In this document: piece by piece, positions 37,108 through 48,680 of the stretch
Numbering within the stretch: the first letter of the stretch is position 1
How the letters are laid out: each line of letters starts with the position of its first letter
Assembly (NCBI GenBank): GCA_965285935.1
Contig: OZ260661.1
Location: 133,672,001 to 133,736,000 of the forward strand
Direction of reading: 5' to 3'
DNA: 64,000 bases
DNA from: Ophelia neglecta
Taxonomy: Eukaryota
The notes under the pieces: model-generated
Database searches by the model: none
The model's input: the letters and a program-made list of their open reading frames with translations, nothing else
Told to the model about the DNA's origin: nothing
Made by a program: the position numbers and the translations under genes

Positions 37108-38725
37108 GTAACCTCATAATTAGCTATTCAGTGTTACCATAGTGCTTTAATGCTGACCTGAGTGGCAAGTTAACAACAATCGTATCTATTGGCTAATGGA
37201 AAGACCCAATTCTGGTTTAGCAAACAAGATTTGTTTAATCGTGAAAAATCTTATGAAGAAGCAAAATTGATGAAATTGTGGTAATAATTATACACAACAA
37301 CACAGAAAGGGCCGATGATTTTTAAATATAGTGGCAAGATCAAATTCCTTGCAGAAAGCTTTTAATCTGCACGAAGAGCTTTATGTATGATCTAAACTTA
37401 GGGTAAAAAGGAACATGACCGAGGCTTATAAAACCATACTTCGCCAATGATACAAATTCGCCTATGATACAAAGTCTGTGTTGTTATGTACAGTATTTTC
37501 AACTTGTGTATTATTGCATGTATATATTTGTGTTCAAATAAATGGTTGAGTTGAAAAACTTGTATGGTGGACAATAAATTCATTGGTTAGGATATAACAT
37601 TTACTTGTAGTTTTAAATAGTAAAAGAGAAGGCATCAGAAAGATTCCTGCCCCGAATCTATAGGTAAGTTATTGGTATCTCGTATAACGTGTCACATATC
37701 TGCAATTGTGTAACAGCTTTGTCTATATAACTACATTGAAAAAGCGTAGGCATTGGTCCTCCATTATTGATGCTGGTAAGCTGTCCATGATTTATTCTAT
37801 GTATCTTATAAATCGTGAAGCGTCTGCTCAAAACATTGCCATTCGTTTCTCACAGGCGAGCTGAATGAATATGTCTATACGTTAAAATTCATGTTGTACC
37901 TTGAGCCTCAAACGGCATCCCAGACGCATACCCGCCTTACAAGTCTTATATTTGTAAACTTCTGTGGAAAGTTAATACTGTGTCCATTAGCTCGTGTAAT
38001 TTCGTCAATATATTATTATATACTGTTATTTGCGCCAATTTTAATTGATTGTAACCTACATTCACCACCAGGTGAGTGAGTTGACGGATCACGTAGGACG
38101 AACGACAACAGATGTCGCCTTTTTATGAGAAATGGGACTTTTTTCCTGCCTTTTTTAATCTCTTTCCCAGCGTGTAGTCCTAGCCGCCAGTCCAACCGTG
38201 ACGACACATACACTAACACAAGAGTGATTTATTTCCCTTTTTCCGTCTAGGGCGCAATACATCATGAACAATAATTATTCGAATTTATTGTCGATGTTGT
38301 CTAAGGTATGTTGTGTAATGTGTTCCAAGAAGGTTGCAGGTTGGACAATCTTGTAACGTAATTTGTTCACTCCAATACAAACTTGTCAAGGGCCCCATGT
38401 ATGATTTGGCGGTCTGCTGAGTTGAATATTAATAGGGTGTACTAATAAATTGAGATAAGCCTAAGGTGTTCACGCTTATTGGTTTACACATTATTTCATT
38501 CCTTAAACGCCACTGAATTTCAGTCAGCGGCCAAAATGCATAGTTCACTTGAAAGCAACAAGCACAAGATGTTAATCAGAGCATGAACATATTATAGCAA
38601 TATCTATACTCCAAGTGGTTCAGGTGAAACGTTGATTGTTACGCGGAAGCCGAGATAGACTGATTTAACACACTATTTCACTTCCTTGTATGCGCTGGAA
38701 TTCATATAGTCATGTGAAGTCTATC

Positions 38726-41700
38726 ATGGCGGAAGGTTCACACACATTTGATGTATTCGTATTACTGCATTTGTCATGGATCTTATTTGTGCCACAATCA
38801 GGTAATGTGTGCTCGGAATTACGAGCTTTCATAAATTATATCAGCCTTTATGTGGAGACCCTTACTTAATGTTTAAATTGACATTAAACTTTGCTACGTT
38901 TTGTAAATGAAAATTATATTGCAGTAGCAGTTTGTGATTCAGAATGGCATCAACATAATGGAAGTTGTTACTTCAAATCCAGTAGTATTAAATCATGGGC
39001 AGATGCAAAGTCGTCGTGCATGCATCTTGATTCCCATCTCGTATCTATCACAAGCCAAGACGAAAATATGTTCATCCGAACAACATTGTAAGTATAATTT
39101 CAGGTGACATATTTGTTCCGCTAACACATTTCAGCATTTATAAGTTAAAGTAATTACCAATTGTGGCGAAAGCCGTGAGAGCTGTGTTGTGAATTAAACT
39201 GCTGGTTGTACTGTATTGTATGTTTACATATCAAATAGTATGCATTGAAATAAATTGTATATATGATGACGTTTATTCAGGAGTGTTAAGGTTGGAATAT
39301 TCTTGATTTGAAATATAGCAGCGTCAAAATGACTAGTACTTTAGCTGCAGTAGTGTTTACTCTTAATGCATAAAAGCGCCATTTTTTATTCTCAGGATAA
39401 TGATACATTAAACCTCAACAGATATTACAGCATGTTCTTAGCATGCACATAAAACAAGTCTTAAATGTTGGTTTATACACAAACCCAATTATTTGCGCCG
39501 GGCTTCTACGTTTGGACATGCAGTATGGTATTCATAAGCAACGGTCAATTATTTATTTCGAGCCGACTTAATGGACTGTCGTTGAATTATGTTTCTACAT
39601 TGTCTTCCATTTATCTACTCCTGTTTTGTTTAAAAAACCTATACCTATACCTAGGTTAATGTCTACTAGAAGATCCATAAAATCAAAGAATAATGTAATT
39701 AAATGCTGCCATAAATTTCCCCTTGAATTTTTTAAACTTATTTTGGCAAACGGTATTAATTAAGAACGTAAGATCATATGAAATTCAACGTCCAAAGAAT
39801 TATTTATATATAATAAAAGAGTCCAAAGAATAATTATACCGAGGAATCTTTCCAATTGTTCTCAACTGATATACACATCAAAGGATATATTCCGTCGATA
39901 TTCAATGTAAACTACAATATATATTACGTTTTTTAACATAGAATCATTGAAGAAGATTAACCTTTTCTACATTAAGAGTTTCAATCAACGAATCCAAATT
40001 ATTATCATCTATAAAAACGTTTGTATCATCGGTAAACAGTACAGGAAATAAGGCCGATTATAAATTAATCATATCGTGTATATATAACAGAAATAGTAAA
40101 GGCCCCAAAATCGACCCAGGTAGTACACCGCAGAAAATAGGTCTGCTCTCGGAGGTAGTTTTGAGATATGACTCATATTAGGATCTAATGGTCGAATAAT
40201 TACTAAGCCATGCATGGGCATTCCCCTTATTCTGTAATTATTAACGGTGTCAAATGGTTTCGAGAAATCTCCAAAATACCATATTCCCATCCAGAAGAGC
40301 ATTTGAAGTTTTGTCAAGAAGTATGATATGAAATTTTTACTGCAATTAATAAATTGGTGATTATTTAAGATCCAACAAACCGCGTGCCTTCACACTGTCT
40401 CTACTACCTTATTCACTGCCGATTTCCCTTAACTATACACATTGTAAGACTGGCTATAAATTACAATGCGATGAGAAATAACGTCCTGTTAGAAGAACGA
40501 TTAGCCGAGGATGAATGGATAGACTTAATGCCCGGGTAAATAGAAAGTGGCACCGGTCCATACATTTTTAAGAAAGCGACTAGGGTATACCTGAATACGT
40601 TTTTCCTTACTTATAGTATTTAGGAGAAACACAATAGAGAGAGCAAATAGCAAAACGTTGACCGCAGGGAGATTTTTCACATTATCGTTGGATGATTTGG
40701 TGAAATGTTATAATATCATACGTTTTAGCTTTCAACATTCTTTAATTTTAAGAGAAACTGCTTGCGGTATTAACATTAACTACTAAATCAACCAAATTTA
40801 TATTTATATTATCGGCTAGCCACCTAGGATGGTATAAATACAAATCGACTTATCATACTCCCGTGAAATGATGATCATGGGATGATGCTAGGCAATTCCG
40901 TATCAGGGAATTCTTTCTCGCCTCCATCTGACTATTTTACACGCGACTTTTTTTTATTTCAGTATCAAGTTATGCACTGATAGCGGACAATGTATGGAAC
41001 AATTACAGGATTTATGGATTGGGTTAACTAAAACAAGAGGCCTTGAAGGAAATTTGTCACAACGACGAAGTGACTGGATGTGGGAAGATGGATCCAAATA
41101 CGATTGGTTTAACTGGTATGGCAATAACTCAGTCGATGACATGGACCGTGAACCCAAGGGGTTCACAGGCAAAGCTGTAATGATGTACGATGGGACGTGG
41201 GCTGACAAGAACCCCAGTAAAATCAAATTCATTTGTGAGAAAAAAGGTAATATCATAACGCCTTATGCTTTCTTATCTTGACGCTTCGATGTTAACTCAA
41301 TTACACTCTCCATATGTTTCCGGGAAGACAAAGTATCGTATAAGGCGTCCATACTTTGAATTTTTGGTTTCCAAACTAGTGAGGTCTTTATTTGAGTTTC
41401 GCCGCATACGCTTAAGTTGGTCTGTCAACCTTTCTTCTGGCTTTGGCAATAGTCCACGTTATCTGTGTTGTCCAGTGGCACGTACAGTTTTGCGCAATTT
41501 GAATATAGAAATCTAGATCAAATCAATTTTTGTATTTCCAACCTGGATAAAATCTAAGAAGAAATGTAGGTTTGTATATTGGAGGAGGCTCCTACCGGTC
41601 CGGCAACTCGTGACTGCAGCTATATTATTGAGTGGTGACTGAAAAACCTGTCTTCACATACAAGAATCTGTCTCCTACTAAGAGAAAGAACATCATAAAT

Positions 41701-42968
41701 TTCTTTACTGTCTTAAAAAGATTTTGAAAAAAGGTCAATTTATTTTTGGTTCAGCCTTTCCGCCGCATATCGACAGGTTTGTTAAAAAAAGTCGTCGGAT
41801 GAGGAAACCCTGTTTAAAATACAAAATATTCCTATGGAGTGTTATTGTTCTATGTTAACTGTCATCTTTCCTACCTTTATGTGTTGTTTCGTAGTGCATT
41901 GCATTGCATAGACATGCAGCGTGTACACATGTCTAAATTTCTTTCTCTTTTATTCTTGTAGCACACAAATTTGATTTGACGGAAGCTTCTATTTCAACAA
42001 AATCGCCCTTCGACGAAGTGACAGCTACCAGACATAGGCCATCGATCACAACCTTAGGCGTGTCGGACAACAACCATGGTCTTCATAATTCTACTTTCAC
42101 AGGGGCACAAAATATGTTTTAATTTTATAAGTCATTAGCCCTTACTAACATGTTTCTTGTGTTATTCATAAACGAGTATTTAACAAGAGATCTTGTGGAA
42201 CTCAAAGCTTACCTAAAATCACTGTTAATGCTTGTCTTCAATTCGCCACAAATAATAATCTGTTAACACCATACGTATATAGGTCTAATGTGTCAGTTAT
42301 TTCAACTTTATATAGCTCTTTTTTCCAGGCCCCTCTCTTTACATTGGCATCGCCGTGGGATTGGTATCACTTATTGCTTTAATAATAATAACTGTAGCAG
42401 CTTTGTTTTGGAGGAAAATTAGGAGGAGGTATTTTGTTTTGGATTTAACATATCTAGTCTCATTGTTTGTAACTTATTGTCCTACTGTTACTTTAATGAA
42501 AAATGTGCGTTCGATGTTTTTTGTCATAAAATCCACCGAATCCTCAGAAATAACGTAGTTGGAATTTTGTTTAAACACATCTGATGTTTCAGGGAAAAAA
42601 ACGAGGATCAGGAACGCAACATTTATTATAATACGAGAGAAGGAATGGCAGTAGACATTGGGAAGCATGAGACAAATGAACCGAATGCCTGTAATGATTT
42701 GGACACAATAGAAACGAATTGTCAGGATGTCATTGGTGTTTTTGCAAATGGCGAAGAAACACATCCTAGCAATACACAGAGCAATAATCACGCTAATAGT
42801 ATTGTGAGTAAGGACCCGGGACCCAAAATGAGCGACAATAGTCTAACTGTGCGTGACATTTACGCGGTGCCCCACAGGTATAATGACCGATATGAAACCG
42901 AACAAATTGTACCGGATGAACTGGACAACGACACAACGCTGGTGGAGAACAGTGTGTATGGAGATTAA
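38726..42968 (+). CDS. CTLR5: type I transmembrane C-type lectin-like receptor
   Basis: Exons 38726-38801, 38925-39087, 40963-41246, stalk from 41962 (donor unclear), 42329-42428 TM (LYIGIAVGLVSLIALIIITVAALFW), 42593-42968 tail. Open and in frame (332 aa) if the stalk exon is skipped. Confidence 0.82.
39950..40330 (-). mobile_element. Old LINE RT fragment in CTLR5 intron 2
   Basis: ORF 40069-40317 contains DFSKPFDTVN; neighbouring frames give GS.LGPLLFL.YI.D-like text. Confidence 0.65.
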
Positions 42969-45900
42969 CATAAACAGAAGATATTCAAATTTACAAATAC
43001 TTTCCTCATAGCCAATTTGCTTCCCAAATCATACTCAATCATTTGTAGCTTGCTATCCGATTTCCAAAACAAAAGCGTCTTACCTTAACAATGACGGTCT
43101 TCGAAAGCAAATGATGAATGGTGTGAAGCCACGGTCTCGTTTGAATGTATAACATGAAGAATATACAGTGAAACAATTGAAGATTGATGCAAGGGGCTGT
43201 ACGAAATATGGTTATATATATATATATATATATAATTGTAGTACTTAACTGCGATTAGTTATTTTAAAAACAACATGTGAACAGTTAGTTTGTGCAATGG
43301 CTAGCTTAGTCGTGTGCACAATGATCTGATATCTTAATGTGAATTCACGCAAAGTTTTGTTAATTGAATAAATGCAAGTTTGGTAGAAAAACACGAATGA
43401 ACATATTTTGAAATTAAGATATCGCCGCGAGTATACAGCTAAGCTGTGCTATACATTAGCTCATACACCTTCACATATCCGACATAAGATCAAACATTAT
43501 CTGTGCTGATCATATCAAGTAGGAAAATAACTCCGCAAGGTAAAACATTGCATGCACACCAACCGGGCGGCAAACCACCCAAACCTTAATGGGTACACCA
43601 ACAGCCATATATATGATAGCTTTTCAGGTGTCGTTTTTAGGGAGAAAAAAATATCGGCCGATAAGAATAATTTATACATATTATGATGTATACAAGTCTC
43701 ATGTTTGCCTCCGGAAACAAATGTCGTGACCGCCGGGCCGAACTCCTATATTTCCACGGCTTCCTCTGTTAGTCTAATAGCTTATATCAATAAGGCATAA
43801 AACTTCGCGATATATTGTACGACAGTGCCATTACATATAAAGCTGTGAAGCCGGGCTGCCCAGTGATTGCATGACGCGTGGTCGACCAGGATATTCGGAA
43901 AATTACGCATTATATGGCGCATACTACTAGTTTGAGGTATTCTGAGCTAGGAATCTCCAACTTATCATTGAACCCAGTAATGATGCTGGAAGATCCTTGT
44001 TATCTTGGAAGCCCCTAGTGATGCTCGAGTCTCCTGATCCTGGATGCTCCTACTGATCCAAGATGCTTATCCATATGCTTGAAGCCTCTATTTTTTCTGA
44101 AAGCTTCACCTGATCATGGTAGCACTTACTGATACCGAAAGCACTGTATATAATGCGTCGCCTAGTTTGTTGGAACGGTAAGTGACACTGTAGGGCAATT
44201 GTCAGAGGAAAGCACAATTTTTGGAAACGGTTATAGGAGATCTTTCTCGCGTGATGTTGTAGAACTGTGATATACAAGTGACAGAGGAAATTGAGCTTTT
44301 TAAACCTGATCACTGGTGCTTAAATAGTACTTGATGCACATTACTGATCGAGTAGACATTACTACTCGACTGTTGGGGAGGTTGTGGTGGCAAATATACT
44401 TAGAAAAGCCTGATACATTGCTTTGTGTACTGTTTAGTTGGCCGAACTTGGGTTATAAAGTTTGTAGGCACAATAACACAAAAAAGATTACGGCTACGGG
44501 GTATTAATTTATGCAGATGAATATTACATATTTTTATGTACAGTTTGCCGTTGGTGTAAATTGGATTACATTTGGTTTTCATAGGAAACAGCCTAGAATA
44601 TATGCTTTCCTAGGACAGAATTATGGTGGCAAAGTTAGTGAACCTCATTATACAACAATTGTCGGGGCTGATATTCAAGAAACGTAACAGCTTTAACTGA
44701 TAAACCTTAAAAATATCATAGTGAATTTAAATACTACAGCCAAACAATCAACATGACAGGCCAAATAGGTGCTCTTGCTTTTCTCGACTTTTGAGGCAGT
44801 TTCTAGTGTTCTAAGAAAATATATTGTCGTGGATGTCGGACTTCAAATGTTTGCGCTAAACTTCGTGCAAACATTTTGCTTGACCTTTTTCGCCTTTTTA
44901 GTGACATTTACTGGGTCTTTAAAAGTGTGACAAAAGAAGTGTTTACAGTCGCATGTTAAAATAAACATAGTCGAGCACACACTTGCTTTCTCCTTGCTAG
45001 GTGTGAAATATGTGGCTACAATTTATTTGATCTAAAGTAATCTTTAGAATAACTTTTAATGGTTCTTTACCAGATACTGTTTTTAGAGAATAGTTGCTAA
45101 TAAAAACAACATTAGGCCTCGCGTGTACCTTTCTTCCATACACGTAAAAAGCTTAATTAGGAATTATTAGCAATAAAAAGAAAAAAAAGGAAAAATGAGG
45201 AATAATAGGCCGTTGACATTCCCAAAATATTAGTTACATGGGCCTTCACGCTAAAAGCCGAGCCGATAGCGCCAAATAAGTCGATATAGTATACTTAGAA
45301 AAAATAATTAAAGAATTAATTGGTCTTTCCCGTGAACTTGTTGTTCGCGTTGAACACGAAGGCTATATTAGTCTCCTTTAAATTTATTGAAGTTGCAAAT
45401 AATAACCAAACATTTTATATTTATTTACACTTGGAACATTTCTATTGCAAGTAAAGTAGTAGAGTTAAGCAGCAAAATGCACAGTTTAAGTTTTTATAAA
45501 GACAAGCCATTATTTTAGGAAAATTGAATTTATAGTAAGGGCCTTCCTGGAGGTGGAAAACCCAGAAAATTCCGGGACATCATCGGTTTTCGGCGTGCTA
45601 TTCCTCTTCAGTTTTATTTTCGTTCAAGATCAAGAGAAACTGCAATGAATTCGATAAAAATTAAGTAATTTGTTTTAGACCAATATTCCTTGTATTAAGA
45701 ATCCACATCTCTAGTGTAGTGATATTTATTAGTTCAAAACAACATCTGTATTGTTTTACTGATTAGTTCAGCGCGATAGTGTTGCTGAACATTTGTGTCT
45801 GATAGCAATCTTGTGTTAAATTTACCATTTGGAAATGCATACAAACTGATTTTGAAAATAAGGGGTTGGATTACCCAACACACATTTAACATGCAGCAGT

Positions 45901-46278
45901 GAATACAGAAGAATTGGAGGTTTTGTCATTCCTTGTTTAATCCTTGTTTATTTTCTAGCGGTTTCACCACGTGCGCTTTTCAAGACATTACATTTTTGAA
46001 TTGTCCAAGACAATGCTTACTTGTATAAACTAGTAATTTTTAAATATTGCAAGAGGTTTTCTTGCCAGTGATTATAACATTATGTGGGTCCTTTTGTAAT
46101 ATTGCCTACTGTGAAACCTCATAAAACAATTTACCTTTTTGTAATATTTCGTGATATTTCGTAATGAATCGTTAAGAAACACAGACTAAGCGGTTCTAAT
46201 ATTTGGGGGTCATGTTAGCGTTTGTGTTAAGAGAAGAGACTGAACTCAAGCTTGTAAAGATCAGTAATAAAATTGGAC

Positions 46279-46478
46279 ACGGTGTCTACTTGTGACAGTG
46301 GGCTCAATGCCCTAATTAGCTGTCATAGACACCAGACAGGGAACCCCACCCAGTCAAATTATTCTGACCCCGGTTGATCAGCCCCGATGCTACCCCCGAA
46401 ATTAGCATGGCAGGGGAGCTATCAGTACCTATTTTTACGTCTTGGGTTTGACGCGATCGAGATTTGAACCCCGAACCT
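46279..46478 (-). mobile_element. tRNA-derived SINE, partial copy 2
   Basis: Shares tacttgtgacagtgggctcaatgcc, gggaaccccacccagtca and gagctatcagtacctattttt..gagatttgaacccc with the 26.4 and 59.1 kb copies. Confidence 0.8.
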
Positions 46479-47917
46479 GTATACGTATGTGTGCATACAC
46501 GCCTAATACCCTACACTAGTCAACGATTTCATCACAAGACCCATTAGGACAGATATTTATGGTGTTAGGCAACTTTTAAATCGTGTAAAACTATTATAGC
46601 GCACGGTGACACTATTGTAGGAAGGGCTGCGGACACCAGGGATCGTACGCCAAATATTTCCTTCCGCATCCCTACCGTCATCCTTACAATATCATTAAAC
46701 AAATTCGGGACCGAAGGAGTAAAGAAAAGCGAGCTTCATTCCAGTGAATTGAAATGCCACATCATGATATTCTGCTCATAAAGAGAATTTTGCAGTCATA
46801 CGACTGTCATACGGGGGGAGGGTGGCAGGGGGTACCAGTATGTGAGGTGAGTATGGAAAATAAAGGCACAAAGAACACAGTACGGAAAAAAAGACAATTC
46901 ACGGATTAGGGAAAATAAAAACAGAGAACGCATTACGGTAATTAAAAAAAATGACAATTTGCGATACAGAAATAAAAATCCCCAAATATCGCGTATGTGC
47001 GTCCATTTTATAAACTAGTTTTTCAAGCTTGATCATGTTTTTAAAAATCTATTCTTGGTCCCTCGTTTGAAGTTCCGCTTTGGATTAACCGCAACCAGCA
47101 TCTATTTGCGTCTTTAGCAGAGTTTCAGCACCATTACTTCCTTTGGGTGCAGTGCACTCACCAATGGGTTCTGGGGTATTACCCCTATCTCAGGCTAGGC
47201 TTTTGAAGGCGTACTGTCAACCTAATACAAAATCGCAGGCAGAGATAGGCGACATGAGTATTTAAAACGTAGATTTGGGTAGGGGTAAGGGAGGATTCAT
47301 TAATTATGGCCGGGGGGGGGGGGGGTGGAAGGGTGGTGAACGGATGTGGGGAGGGGGGGTCGACGATGTTTTTTACCTTTTCTTATGGGGGCAGGGCGAA
47401 GAAAAAAAATAAGGCTATTGTCAAGGGGGGGTGGGTCAAATCTTAGCAACCATTTCATTTTATCACATTGTTCATCGCTGACGGAAAGTACCCGAATGCA
47501 CAAATCAGATATGTAAACTACATCCTGTCAAGTCGGGAAATGTGTCTGCATAGTAACGGTGATATATCATCCACCAAAAGCTACTTTTATATAAAACAAA
47601 TACAGTTCTTATGGCTGGAGACTAATTATGGTTAAAAAACACTGCCTTTTGAATAATAGGGATTATAAAGTTGTTTTGGGACACCCTCACACCTGACAGC
47701 AGCAAAAGCAGGAGTTAAACATTCATATTGATTGATTAATTGATTTTAGGAACCCATCTGCACAGATAAAGGCTATTGAGGCAAACAGCAAATGAACAGA
47801 GGAATCTTTTGTCTAATCAAACTATTTTATTTCCAAATATGACTGTCATTAATGACAAATAACAAATATCACCACTAAAGTATGTAACATTTAAGTTACT
47901 CTGCGCTGATCCAATCA

Positions 47918-48680
47918 AAACAAGGGCCCGCTGAGGGCAGAAGTCCCCCGCCCCAGGATCATGTAGGAAGAGGTCAATGTCTACAGGTCACAGAAAGGGC
48001 AGAGGTCATTTTTGAGGGCGCCATTGATTTCCTTGACCTCAATTTGGTGATAGTAGACATACTACATTAAAAGATCGGATTATCATTACCAAAGTTGAAT
48101 TTACCTAAACGGTCAAGGTCAACAGGTCGCAGGAAGGTCATAGGTCATTTCTGATGATCCCATTGAATACCTTGACCTCAACTGGGTGGTAATAGGCATA
48201 TTACATTAAAATATTGGATAATTATTAACAAAATTGAAGATTCACTCAAAAGATCTAGGTCAACAGGTCACAGAAAGGTCGTAGGTCATTTTTATGATAC
48301 CATTGAATTCCTTGTCCTCAAATTGGTAGTAGTCGACATATTAAATTAAAAGATTGTAGTATTAAAAATATATTACATTAAAAGATTGGATTATCAATAA
48401 CAAAGTTGAACATATACACTAACTATGTGCTATGGACAAACACTTTATGTGTTTTTGTGTGGCTATCATGAATAATATCTGCTCCGGAAACGAAAAACAG
48501 CTCCAGAGGTCAATGTTCAGGGGTCAAAGGTCAAAGGTAAAAAATACAGCATGTGCTGCATAACGGTACCAAGGTGATATTACTCATGTAAGATGGTTAT
48601 CCTGGACTACAGTCATAACTCTGGACGCTCTGAACGAACGGACGGACACGTCCCCAACCCACTAAAAAGGACTAAAAAGT
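47918..48680. repeat. Non-autonomous element with three ~140-bp internal tandem units rich in AGGTCA (HINE/pearl-like)
   Basis: Units start near 47970, 48110 and 48257 (acaggtc.cag.aaggtc.taggtcatt...ccattga.t.ccttgacctcaa...tacattaaaa.att); ggacggac microsatellite near the 3' end; partial related sequence at ~50180-50280. Confidence 0.7.
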
